Part shown: positions 23,660-33,426 of the stretch, piece after piece | Numbering within the stretch: the first letter of the stretch is position 1 | How the letters are laid out: each line of letters begins with the position of its first letter | From: Craspedostauros australis | Taxonomy: Eukaryota | DNA length: 36,102 nucleotides | NCBI GenBank assembly: GCA_030167865.1 | Contig: JALAGF010000227.1 | Location: forward strand, 1 to 36,102 | Reading direction: 5' to 3' | Notes under the pieces: generated by a model | Told to the model about the DNA's origin: nothing | Seen by the model: the letters and a program-made list of their open reading frames with translations, nothing else | Database searches by the model: none | Program-made: the position numbers and the translations under genes

Positions 23660-24049
23660 ATGAAATCTTACGCATCCATCCTGCTGCTGGTCCTCGTCAC
23701 GTTCCTGACGAACCCCGCCTCCGCCTTCGTGACACCCAACGCGGTGCGACACACCGTTGCCGTCCAGCCACGCAGCGCAAGCGCCCTCAACGAGCGCCAA
23801 TGGAATTTCAACGAAGGCAGGTCGCCATGGGGTCTCAAGAAGAATGCCGAAACCTGGAATGGACGCGTTGCGCAGGTGGCCTTCGTGTGGGTCTTCCTGC
23901 AGGAGCTCATCCTCAACAAGGGCATCGTCGATGGTCTGCGCGATGGCGACACCATCTTCGTCGTCAACGCGGGTCTGTTCGCGTTCGGCGTCGTGGCGTT
24001 GACCGCGTGGTTGGCCATCCAGGGTGAAGATGATTACACCAAGGCCTAG
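23660..24049 (+). CDS. Plastid-targeted LHC-like protein, OHP1-like / HLIP family
   Basis: Hydrophobic signal peptide ending PASA-FVT (diatom ASAF motif), followed by a transit-like segment. LHC motif AETWNGRVAQ, then ELILNKGI as in plant OHP1, then a second hydrophobic stretch. GC3-rich, 129 aa. Confidence 0.88.
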   Translation: MKSYASILLLVLVTFLTNPASAFVTPNAVRHTVAVQPRSASALNERQWNFNEGRSPWGLKKNAETWNGRVAQVAFVWVFLQELILNKGIVDGLRDGDTIFVVNAGLFAFGVVALTAWLAIQGEDDYTKA

Positions 24050-24734
24050 ACGAAGGCTCGCACTCGTACAGAACACTGCAAGCACAACACACACTTCTGA
24101 TACTGCTGCGGTGGATCTCTCTAGAAAGGGCGGCGCGTTGCTGCATGCTGGAACGAATGGATGGATGAGCATTCTGCTCCATTCCATGACACGATACTGA
24201 ATGGAGCCTCAACTCAACACATTCCACGCTGCTGAAAAAAAATGAACACTGGCAAAACCGCGCCTCTACCACGGCAAATAAACAATCAACTAGAAATGGG
24301 AGCGAGGCCGCCTGCAAATGAACTTGGACGGTTGGACGCTTGGATGCAGAAGGACTGGGATTGAATAGAATGTGCGCACCAATGAACGCTCTGCCTCCCA
24401 CCCAAAATGATATATCGACCACATCACATCGCATGCAGTACGTGCAACCCAATGCTACTCAATTCAAATCAATGACGAAAACAAGGACCCGATCGTGCTT
24501 GCGACAAGCTACAAGTACACCCGCAAACAGGAGACGCGATCTTGATGCCGTCTGTCTATCACAACTATTATACGAGTAAGATAAACCGAATGGATTTTTA
24601 GAAATTCTGACTGCATAGCGCAACTTTTCTGTCGTCTGAAGCTCCCGGAGAGAGGGACGCCAAGCATGTGGACCAATCCTCTGCAGTCTCAGCTTTTCAT
24701 ACTGCACCGTTAGGGTTACACACTCACTTGATCG

Positions 24735-26366
24735 CTATTCTTGCTGCAACTGCTTGACGAGGGAATGCAGAAGGGCGACGCCGTATCCCGTGGCACGCTC
24801 ATCCTTCTTGTCGTGGACGGGATAGGCCATGTCGATGTGGATCCACTGCTTGCCTTCCTCCTCCAAGTACGACTGCATGTGATTGGCGATGAACTGCCCC
24901 GCACACGAGACCTGCGCATTGGCGCGATCGCCCACCGAGTTCTTCATGTCGGCCACGGCGCTCTTGAATTCGGGGATGAAGAACTCGGGTGCGTAGGGCA
25001 CGGCGTGCACGAGATCGCCGCAGCTGCGTCCCACCGTGATGGCCTTTGTCTCGAGGTCCTCATCGTTGCAGTAGATGGCGCCGAAGAAACGGCCCGTGGC
25101 GACGCCCTGCGCGCCCGTCAACGTCGCCATGTCCATGATGGTGCCGGGATTGAGATGTTGCACCGCGGCGGCGACGCCATCGGCCAAAACGAGGCGACCT
25201 TCGGCGTCCGTGTTGTTGATCTCGACGGTGCGGCCTGACAGCAGGGTGTGCACGTCGTCGGGACGCGTGGCGATGGGGCTCACCGCGTTCTCCGCGAGGC
25301 ACAGGATGGCGTGAACGGGGCGCTGGTTGCCCTGCTCCTGGGCGATGCTGCAGAAGGCGCCGAGGATGGCGGCGGCACCGCCCATGTCGCGCTTCATGCC
25401 GGGCATGCCGGTCTTCGTCTTGATCGACAGACCGCCCGTGTCGTAGACGATGCCCTTGCCCACGAGCACGATGGAGGGGAGGGTCTTGGATTCGGGCGTC
25501 GGGTAGTGCTTCAAAGTGACGAGCGCCGGCGGGTTGGCCGCGGCCTTGCCGACGCCGTAGAGGCCGCCGTATCCACCCTCCTTGAGGGCCTCGCCTTCGA
25601 TGATCTCAACCGTCACGTTGGGCAGGCCATCCACCGCCGCCATGGCCTCCTTGACGAAGGCCGTCGTGTACAGCTCGTTGCAAGGCATGTCCACGAGCCG
25701 TCGAGTGAGGAGGATATTGCGACACACGGTGGTGAACTCTCGCAGCTGCTCGTCCGCTATGTCCGACGAGAATGCGACTTGCAACGATGGTGTCTTTGGT
25801 GCATCGTCAGCAACGTTGGCATCGGCGTTAGCATCGGCAGCGCTGCTGTCTGTCTCTTTGCCTTTGGAAGAACTAGACTTGCGAGAGTAGTAGTAGAAGC
25901 CGTCGGGCTTGGGCTTGTCCTCCTCCCCGTCGAACTTGGTGGCAACTCGTGCCACGGCGTGCGCCAGACTGGGAATGTGGGCCTGATCTTCGCACAGCAG
26001 CACCACCAACGTGGGCGCGCTGCCCTTGCCGCAGCCCAGGCCTTTGAGCAGCGACGCGACGTTGTGCGGTTGCCCTGGTGCGTTGTGACGCGACACGCGC
26101 GCAGGCAACCTCGCCATGGCGAACTTCAGCAACGCCGCGTCGCCGCGCGGAATCCAGTGCTGCGTGGACTGGCTGTCCTGCAGCGTGGCCCACATGGCGT
26201 TGAAGAACGGCAGGCCGCCGGGCGATTCCACGAGGAGCGGCATCAGCTGCTCGTACACGACTGATGCGAACGAGGCATCGTAGGCCTTGGCCGTTGCCAC
26301 GACGACCACGCGCTCGATCGCGGCGGGATCTTGCACTGCTTTCACGTTGCTCACGTATTTCACCAT
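24735..26366 (-). CDS. NPEPL1: M17 family aminopeptidase, NPEPL1-like
   Basis: 543-aa ORF with SRHN, RLVDMPCNEL, LVGKGIVYDTGGLSIK, MPGMKRDMGGAAA, NTDAEGRLVLADG and HIDMAYP. The M17 metal-binding and catalytic K/D/K/D/D/E/R residues are all present. SRHN and MPGMKRD are NPEPL1-subfamily features. Confidence 0.93.
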   Translation of the reverse strand: MVKYVSNVKAVQDPAAIERVVVVATAKAYDASFASVVYEQLMPLLVESPGGLPFFNAMWATLQDSQSTQHWIPRGDAALLKFAMARLPARVSRHNAPGQPHNVASLLKGLGCGKGSAPTLVVLLCEDQAHIPSLAHAVARVATKFDGEEDKPKPDGFYYYSRKSSSSKGKETDSSAADANADANVADDAPKTPSLQVAFSSDIADEQLREFTTVCRNILLTRRLVDMPCNELYTTAFVKEAMAAVDGLPNVTVEIIEGEALKEGGYGGLYGVGKAAANPPALVTLKHYPTPESKTLPSIVLVGKGIVYDTGGLSIKTKTGMPGMKRDMGGAAAILGAFCSIAQEQGNQRPVHAILCLAENAVSPIATRPDDVHTLLSGRTVEINNTDAEGRLVLADGVAAAVQHLNPGTIMDMATLTGAQGVATGRFFGAIYCNDEDLETKAITVGRSCGDLVHAVPYAPEFFIPEFKSAVADMKNSVGDRANAQVSCAGQFIANHMQSYLEEEGKQWIHIDMAYPVHDKKDERATGYGVALLHSLVKQLQQE

Positions 26367-26878
26367 CGTTACCTTGCTTTGAATCTGCCTCTGGTTCTGC
26401 GGTTTGATGTGGCGCTCTTGGATTCAGATGGGGGCTGTATCTTCTGCCGCAGGTCTGGTTGCGCACGATGCCTCCTTCTCTTTTCTTCCTGTGGCAGAAC
26501 AACACCAGGCATTCGCGCACTTGTGATCGTGAGTGTATCTTGGGGTGGGAAATGGATTTTTCTCGAGTGTTCGGTTCCCATCGACGGCAATGGTTCGATC
26601 GAACGAGTCAATTTGGCGCCAACGCAAACATTTGACTGCGCCGAATGATGCGGTTCTCCGCTGTTGTTGTCTTTGTTGTCAAAACTGCATGGAGACAATG
26701 AAGAGGAACAGACAACTCACAACATGATAACTCCTCACAATATTAATGTCCTCCGGTTCTTCTCTTGGGGGAAGATGGTGACTTCAACACAACACTCATC
26801 TGTGCTCGCAAAACAATGCGCGCCAACGACACACCTGTGACTCTAGCCGTTTGTGGGTGCAACGGTGTGCGTGCGGTC

Positions 26879-26944
26879 ACTTGTATGCGTACAAGGACGT
26901 ACTTGTATGCGCACAAGGACATACTTGTATGCATGTTTACTTGT
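26879..26944. repeat. 22-bp tandem repeat with an internal palindrome in a divergent intergenic region
   Basis: acttgtatgcgtacaaggacgt / acttgtatgcgcacaaggacat / acttgtatgc...acttgt. The first unit contains the perfect inverted repeat CTTGTA-tgcg-TACAAG. Confidence 0.85.
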
Positions 26945-27148
26945 CACGCACCAAAATGCACCAACGAGGGGCAGTTGACTGCATATCCGTAACAATGGAC
27001 AACAGGGCCGTTCTTCAGACAGATCGAGAGAGGCAGAGGCGGAGACAGGGATTCGCCTTCGACACAATTCTCATAATCTGCAATTCACAGCATTCTAACT
27101 CATCAACGACCAGTTCACAACACTATCACCACAACCACAACCACAACC

Positions 27149-28399
27149 ATGCTTCCTCCACTCACAAACAAGGCCACAATCGGTAAGCACAACCAACCGG
27201 GCCGCTTGGGATGTCAGACGCTGGCGAATGCACGGCTCTACATTTCTATACTCGCGCACTGCCACGACACACTCTCCTCTCCTGCTCCGTACAACTACGA
27301 ATACAATGCTCTACTCGACTCTATTCACTTCCTCACCAGTTCATTTCGTGGTGTGCGACTGCAACACCACACTTCATACTTCACACTGACACCATATCAT
27401 TATTCTGTGCAATATCATCCACTCTGCCATGTATTATGCTTCCCTCCTGCGTCTTTAGTCCACGGCGAGACCCCGATCAGCGAACGCACCAACGCCACTT
27501 TCCTGAGCAACCTGCAACCATTCCAGGCGCCGCTTCATTGGCACGCGCAACAGTTCGCTACCATCGGCCTGATCCTGACCACCCTGAACATCCCCATCGC
27601 TCGCAAGCTCTTCACGGCCGTCTTTCGAAATGTTCCTGGCACGCATTACAGGGAGAAGTACGCGCCGGGGTGGTTCAAGCCCCTCTCCATCAAGGCTTGG
27701 GCGGCCCATCTTGCCACGATGCCGTGGGGCATGGAACTCACGTCGCACTTTATTCGGATGCACCGCTATACCACCGCCACTCAAGATGCCAGCGACGGGA
27801 ATGAAACGAACGATCCAAAAAACAAGACGTGGTTGAGCCGGCTGATGCCAAGCACCACGCATTCTTACCGAACGCTCGGCATGCTCTTCGCCGTATCCCA
27901 ATTGCAAGCTTTGTTCGCATTGATGGCCCACGCCATGATCAACGTCAACCCCACTCTGGAGGTCTCCGTCATGGTCGCGGAATCCATCCTCATGCGGCTT
28001 CACGTCTTCGGTGCTGGTCTGGCGCTGATGTTCGGCTGGTGGACGATGATCCCGGTGGCGGGGTTGCTGCTGACCGACAGGCTCTTCTTCGACAACGTCC
28101 CGGGCATCATCCTTTCCACATTCTCGATGGTCGTCATTCTCTGCCTTCGCGGTCTGCCGGTCGCCTTCAAAACGGGATGGTCCTTGCTCGGGTTCTTGCC
28201 GATCATCTATCTCGATTCCTCCAACGATGATGGGCACACGCTGGGCGCTAGCCTCCTTAGCATCCCGCTGTCCATCATGTGCGCCGGGCTATCCGCCTAC
28301 GCCAGACGAACGACTAGGCAGCCGACGAACGAATCAACGACGCAGGGATCCGGCAACGATTCCTTCCCTGCTGCTCTCGCGAAACTGCTCAAATCGTAG
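27149..28399 (+). CDS. Uncharacterised multi-pass membrane protein (probable exons 27149-27182 and 27459-28399)
   Basis: GC3-rich coding signal from ~27460 with several hydrophobic segments. ATG at 27149 follows a (CACAAC)n leader like that of the kinase gene. No family recognised. Confidence 0.75.
   Translation: MLPPLTNKATIGKHNQPGRLGCQTLANARLYISILAHCHDTLSSPAPYNYEYNALLDSIHFLTSSFRGVRLQHHTSYFTLTPYHYSVQYHPLCHVLCFPPASLVHGETPISERTNATFLSNLQPFQAPLHWHAQQFATIGLILTTLNIPIARKLFTAVFRNVPGTHYREKYAPGWFKPLSIKAWAAHLATMPWGMELTSHFIRMHRYTTATQDASDGNETNDPKNKTWLSRLMPSTTHSYRTLGMLFAVSQLQALFALMAHAMINVNPTLEVSVMVAESILMRLHVFGAGLALMFGWWTMIPVAGLLLTDRLFFDNVPGIILSTFSMVVILCLRGLPVAFKTGWSLLGFLPIIYLDSSNDDGHTLGASLLSIPLSIMCAGLSAYARRTTRQPTNESTTQGSGNDSFPAALAKLLKS
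27183..27458 (+). other. Probable spliceosomal intron, 276 nt, phase 1
   Basis: Donor G|gtaagc at 27183, branch-like ctgac near 27385, pyrimidine tract and tttag acceptor ending at 27458. Composition is AT/CT-richer than the downstream exon. Splicing keeps the frame (ATI-V-HGET). Confidence 0.65.
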
Positions 28400-29514
28400 C
28401 GCAGCCAGCATGGTCGGAGCAGACGAAAATGCATCATCCTTACACTAGAACATGAGCACAACAGAGGGCTGCAGAATCGAAAGCATAGAAAAATACAGCA
28501 TACCGGATGATGTAACATGTGATATAATAATATTATATTATACTCAATGAGTCTTGTAGAAGCAGTGCACATACGAGAGTATGATCCGCTTCACGCAAAA
28601 TCGACTTGACTCTGCGGCCTCCGGCCTACCTTGCTTGCGTGCCGCACGGTGTTGTGTGTAGTTGGCGCACTGGTCGTCCATTGACAATCCTTCTCGGACA
28701 CTCTTGCGTGTATATTTAGTCAATCCAGTCAATCCAGTCATGATCCCTGGGTGTTCAGATACGTCTGTCCAATGTCGGAGTTCGCTGTTTGGAAACGTGT
28801 TTCTCTCCCCGCTTGGCGAATTTGCCTTCACTTTGTCGGTCATCAAATCAAATTGAGACGAAAATGCTCGTGACGCATTTGGCCCTCCCGACCGCACGTC
28901 ACAGCGCCAACGATCAAATGGCACAGCGCGAAGGCGGTGGAGACTCCAAATCCTAACGAGAGGGGCACAAGAGCCAGAACCGCGCCGCCAGAGGCCACCC
29001 AGTAACAAAGTTGGATACAAAGCCAGCACAGCGATCCAACCTTCTGTTCCGCGCGCTTCACAAGACGGTCCACCACCAGGTGGCTGTTTCTTGTAAGAGT
29101 GCGGATGCCCTTGGTGATAAATCAGCACCAAAGAGGCGTCCACCAGACATCAAATTACGAACCAATCGCACAGGCGTTTCAACACATCTGATTCCAAGCG
29201 CTGGAGAGATTGGTCTGTGAACTAAAAACGATTCACCACATGCCGGTAGAGCGTGATGTTGCCGCCATCCGAATGATTTAGTGGCTCGTGCGACACAGCG
29301 GATGACGCTTCTTCGCATCTTCTGGGCAAAGCGGAGCCAACATCAAACCAAGATCAAGGATGCGCGCCGTTCACTTGAATTCCCATCTCTACTGTAAATG
29401 TTCTGCGTCGGACGTGGCCGAAGAGAGTATGCACAGACCCCTCCACCGGCTCGTAAAGATCAAATCCCTGCCCTCCAACAGACTCGAAGGCCACAAAAAA
29501 CGAATGCGACGAAG

Positions 29515-32500
29515 ATGACGACCACTACCACAACCATGGTAGCAGAGGCGGCGATGACGCCGGCAGGAAAACTCACACTGGCGACACCAGGCGAGGCATG
29601 CCTCGCATTCGACAAGGTTGGTCTGGTGGGACGTGAAACTGAAATCCGCATCCTCCTCAACACCATCCGAAGACAATCCAAGAAACAAAGAGATTCATCT
29701 TCAAGCCAAGACTCTCCGGCTGGCCATGTGAAGGCGCCAACCTCACCAATCAAGCAGCTCGTCAGCAACAATGCTCTGGATACCAATACTTGCAGCAGCA
29801 GCAGCAGCAGCAGTAACAGCAGCAGCAGCGGCGGCGGCGGCAGCACAGGAAGTGGTATCATCAACGAAGGTGCAAAGAACATCAGGAACGAAGCGAGGAA
29901 GGACTCGCCAACATCACTGCCAAAAGTCGCAAATGAAATCACAACACTTGCCGCTCAAAGTCAGATCCGATCCTTGGTATTGATCTCTGGCCAATCTGGA
30001 AGTGGAAAGTCAACCCTCGTCAAAGAAGCGCGGGAACGGCTGCTGTCTCAAACAACATGCTGCAGCGTTCCTGACAAAGCTCAGAATAGCGATGGCGCGG
30101 ACGAAGCCTTCCATGGATTCTTCGCAACAGGAAAATGCGAGTTATCGACCAAGAAGGAGGGCGTGCCATACGCAGGGATCCAGTCAGCCATGATGGAACT
30201 GTGCGAGCAGGTGGCAAATAGGGCTCACACAGAACTCAACACCTCGACAGGCGGTCACCCAAGCAAGCAGGTTGCTGGAGCCAAACAACGGACGCTCGCA
30301 TCGTTGGTGTCGAAAGGGCTGTCAAGGGGAGAGGTGGAACTGCTCGCTCACGTCATCCCAAACATAGAAACCATCGTATCGGTTCAAGCATCTCATCAAT
30401 CTGCCCTTGCCATCACTCTTGGATCCACCAAGCTGACTGCAAAGCGTCGCCCGGCATCGGCGCTCTCGTCGTCGCCGCATGTCACTTCTAATGATTCTGT
30501 CTCTGCATCGGCTTTCAGTGTTACTGCAGGCAATGGGCCATCCATCAATTACAAGAGTCACACACAACGAATCACATACGTGTTACGCAGGTTCATGCAG
30601 ATACTCTGCACCTACTGCCCAGTCGTGATGGCCATCGACGATCTGCAGTGGGCGGACCGAGAATCTTTAGCCCTTGTACAATCCTGGCTGCTGGACAGTC
30701 GGAGCACATCATTGACCATCATCGGACTGTACCGTTCGAACATGCTGGATGCAAACCAGACCCTGAAGGCAACTCTAGCATCGTTGGAGGACTCGAAGAG
30801 GGAGAGGTCCATTCGGATCGTCAAGCTTTTGGTCGAGGACTTGAATGTGGATGGAGTAGCTGCGTACTTGCGACGCCTCTTCCGTGTATCTTCACTCCAG
30901 CACCGCGAAGTTGATTCTCCCGATCATTCAGAGGCCGAACCATCGCTTGTTCGGTTTATGCCACTGGCAGAGGTCGTGCATGCGAAGACTGGAGGCAACC
31001 TGTTCTTCATCCAGCAGTACCTCGACTCGCTCGTCAAGGATGGCCTCGTCACCCACAGTCTTCCTACTGCATTGCCAACAACAGCAGAGGCACTCCCAGA
31101 AGCAGCGATGAATGATCTCGGCCACTCGTCAGCATGGGCCTGGGATGTGAAAACAGTCACGGTCAATGCAGCGACCTCGGGCAACGGCATCATGGATCTC
31201 ATGAAGACAAGACTCCAAAAGTCAGCTTCCAAGCACTGGATCTTGTCGATCGCGGCATGCCTCGGAGCCACGTTCTCTTCTTCGCACGTATGTGCAGTCA
31301 TCGGGGGCCTCTTCATCCACTCCAGCCACTCCAAGTTCTTCCGTGAGGTGTTCCAAGTCGCCAAGATCATCAAGGAGGCAGAAATCGTTGCTGCCCTCAA
31401 GGTGTTCCGGTCCGAGAAGCTAATCGAAAAGACCAACACCTCGCATTCTCAAAGCTCGGCGCCAACCGATGGCAGCCCCCAACGACTGCTCACCACGGAA
31501 AAGACAGCGAGCACAAATACAAATGCAAACACAAGTCCAAAGCGATCCAAATCCACCCAATACAGCTTCGTTCACGACAAGGTCCAAGAGGCCGCGCTGG
31601 CCGTCGTACCCACAGAAGACCAGCTGGCGGAGCTCAAGTACAGAGTTGGAGAGATCTTGTTGTACGCGCTATCTGAGGACGAGCTCAATGACAAGATCTT
31701 CATGATCACGAATCTCCTCAACACGAGACCCGATCTCATGCCCGGCTATCGGAAACTGGACTGTCGCATGAAGATCATCATGCTCAACCACAAGGCTGGA
31801 CAGCAGGCCGCCAGCTCATCAGCATTCCATCTGGCATCTTCATACTTCGACATGGCGATCCATCTCCTCCCTGACAATCACTGGCGGGAATCACCCATGC
31901 AGAGCCTTGAGCTGTACTCATCGGCAGCGGAGACCCATTTCGTGATCACCAGCTTCGCCAAGGCACAAATGTACTGCAAGGAGATCATCGCTCAAAACTG
32001 TGATGTACTGAACAAAGTTCGTGCTTATCACACCTTGATCGACATATCTCTGTCGGAAATCGAGACGACTGGCGCGGAAGGAGCTGTCGGCATGTCCCTT
32101 GACCTGCTATCGCAGCTTGGATGCACAGTTCCTTCATCGAGCTTTGGCCGGGTGATATACATCCTCCGGGGGTTGGTCACGGCAAAGCGCACAGTTCGAC
32201 GATTGCAGAGAGAGATGAGAGACACGCTCTCCATGTTGAACGACGATCGACACGAGGCCGTAATGAAAACATTGGACAAGCTGAACCTGACAGCATACTT
32301 AGTCGCGCCCGATCTAATTCCATTGATCGCACAGAAGGCACTACGGCTGAGCTTGAAGCGTGGAATCACCACGTACGCCTCATCCGCCTTATCATTCCAA
32401 GCCGCCATCGTCGCTGCTTTGATGGAGGATGTTGACGTAGCGTACAAGTACGGGCAGCTGGCTCTCGGGATCGTGAAGGCATCGGATGATCGTAGTTTGG

Positions 32501-33426
32501 ATGCCAAAATCCTCTTTTACCATCACACCAGCATCCATCACTGGAAACATCCGATCGAGAGCAGCATCGATCCTTTGTTGGAGGCCTCCAGAAGTGGTAT
32601 GTCGACTGGCGACGTCGAGACTGGCGCTTGGTGCTTGTACGCATATATCTTCAACTGCGTAGTTGCAGGTAAGCCACTTACCTCCATCGACAAAGATTCG
32701 TTGGTCCACACAAACACCATGAGAGATTTCCAGCAGACCAGGCAGTATCAGCTGACCCTCATGCTTTGGCAAGCCGCATTGAACCTTCGAGGTGCTTCCA
32801 GCCACACCACGGCATTGATCGGGGACGCATACAATGAAAGGGATGCTGCATACGACGAAAATCACCGACTGGCTGAGGTATACGACCGTATGCACGGATG
32901 CGCCCATCTGTATCTTGCCACTTACTTCGGCGATTATCAGTTTGGCTCCGAAATCGCAATCGAATCTTGCCTCGAATATGTCAAACAGATACCGTCCAGT
33001 TTCACCCTCGCCCCCCTCCTCTTCAACGGTGCCTTCTGCTGCTTTGGTATGGCTAACAGATGCAAACCATCGTACTATACGAAGCACGCTCGCACATTCA
33101 TGAAGATACTGAAGAGGTGGGCCAAGAAGGGAAATCCGAATTGTGTTCCGTACCTTGCGCTGCTGAACGCGGAAGAGAGTGCTTTGAAGAAGCAAGACAG
33201 GAGAGCCATGGAACAATACGAAGAAGCCATCCGGATGATGAAGGGAAGAGGGTATATTCATGACCAAGCTCTCGCGAACGAGCGGTACTCCGCGTTCTAC
33301 GCAACCAGAGGCGACAGGGAAAAGGCAAAACTGTACTTGAAGGAGTCCATATGTCTGAACAAGAAGTGGGGCGCGAACAAGAAGGTTGAGATGCTGCTGC
33401 AGCAGTACAGGTCAGATTATGAGTAG
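29515..33426 (+). CDS. STAND/AAA_16 P-loop ATPase with winged-helix and TPR-like helical region (COG3899-like), no kinase or sensor domain
   Basis: Intronless ORF of about 1300 aa with LVGRETEI, Walker A ISGQSGSGKSTLV (~29989), Walker B VMAIDDLQWAD (~30625), KTGGNLFFIQQYL, AACLG, YSFVHDKVQEAA, and C-terminal HDQALANER...WGA. These motifs match the central region of bacterial COG3899 multi-sensor kinases. Start is uncertain (ATG at 29398 or 29515). Confidence 0.88.
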   Translation: MTTTTTTMVAEAAMTPAGKLTLATPGEACLAFDKVGLVGRETEIRILLNTIRRQSKKQRDSSSSQDSPAGHVKAPTSPIKQLVSNNALDTNTCSSSSSSSNSSSSGGGGSTGSGIINEGAKNIRNEARKDSPTSLPKVANEITTLAAQSQIRSLVLISGQSGSGKSTLVKEARERLLSQTTCCSVPDKAQNSDGADEAFHGFFATGKCELSTKKEGVPYAGIQSAMMELCEQVANRAHTELNTSTGGHPSKQVAGAKQRTLASLVSKGLSRGEVELLAHVIPNIETIVSVQASHQSALAITLGSTKLTAKRRPASALSSSPHVTSNDSVSASAFSVTAGNGPSINYKSHTQRITYVLRRFMQILCTYCPVVMAIDDLQWADRESLALVQSWLLDSRSTSLTIIGLYRSNMLDANQTLKATLASLEDSKRERSIRIVKLLVEDLNVDGVAAYLRRLFRVSSLQHREVDSPDHSEAEPSLVRFMPLAEVVHAKTGGNLFFIQQYLDSLVKDGLVTHSLPTALPTTAEALPEAAMNDLGHSSAWAWDVKTVTVNAATSGNGIMDLMKTRLQKSASKHWILSIAACLGATFSSSHVCAVIGGLFIHSSHSKFFREVFQVAKIIKEAEIVAALKVFRSEKLIEKTNTSHSQSSAPTDGSPQRLLTTEKTASTNTNANTSPKRSKSTQYSFVHDKVQEAALAVVPTEDQLAELKYRVGEILLYALSEDELNDKIFMITNLLNTRPDLMPGYRKLDCRMKIIMLNHKAGQQAASSSAFHLASSYFDMAIHLLPDNHWRESPMQSLELYSSAAETHFVITSFAKAQMYCKEIIAQNCDVLNKVRAYHTLIDISLSEIETTGAEGAVGMSLDLLSQLGCTVPSSSFGRVIYILRGLVTAKRTVRRLQREMRDTLSMLNDDRHEAVMKTLDKLNLTAYLVAPDLIPLIAQKALRLSLKRGITTYASSALSFQAAIVAALMEDVDVAYKYGQLALGIVKASDDRSLDAKILFYHHTSIHHWKHPIESSIDPLLEASRSGMSTGDVETGAWCLYAYIFNCVVAGKPLTSIDKDSLVHTNTMRDFQQTRQYQLTLMLWQAALNLRGASSHTTALIGDAYNERDAAYDENHRLAEVYDRMHGCAHLYLATYFGDYQFGSEIAIESCLEYVKQIPSSFTLAPLLFNGAFCCFGMANRCKPSYYTKHARTFMKILKRWAKKGNPNCVPYLALLNAEESALKKQDRRAMEQYEEAIRMMKGRGYIHDQALANERYSAFYATRGDREKAKLYLKESICLNKKWGANKKVEMLLQQYRSDYE
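29794..29841 (+). repeat. (AGC)n/(GGC)n tract encoding a poly-Ser/Gly linker
   Basis: agc x6, agt, aac, agc x4, ggc x4, in frame. Confidence 0.9.

Noticed and set aside
24710..24720. TTAGGGTTA telomere-like sequence
   Set aside because: Only 1.5 units, expected by chance.
24741..26520. Antisense and alternative-frame ORFs (165, 338 and 215 aa) over NPEPL1
   Set aside because: GC3 shadow ORFs of a well-supported gene.
32392..33267. 291-aa antisense ORF within the STAND gene
   Set aside because: Antisense shadow with no protein motifs.
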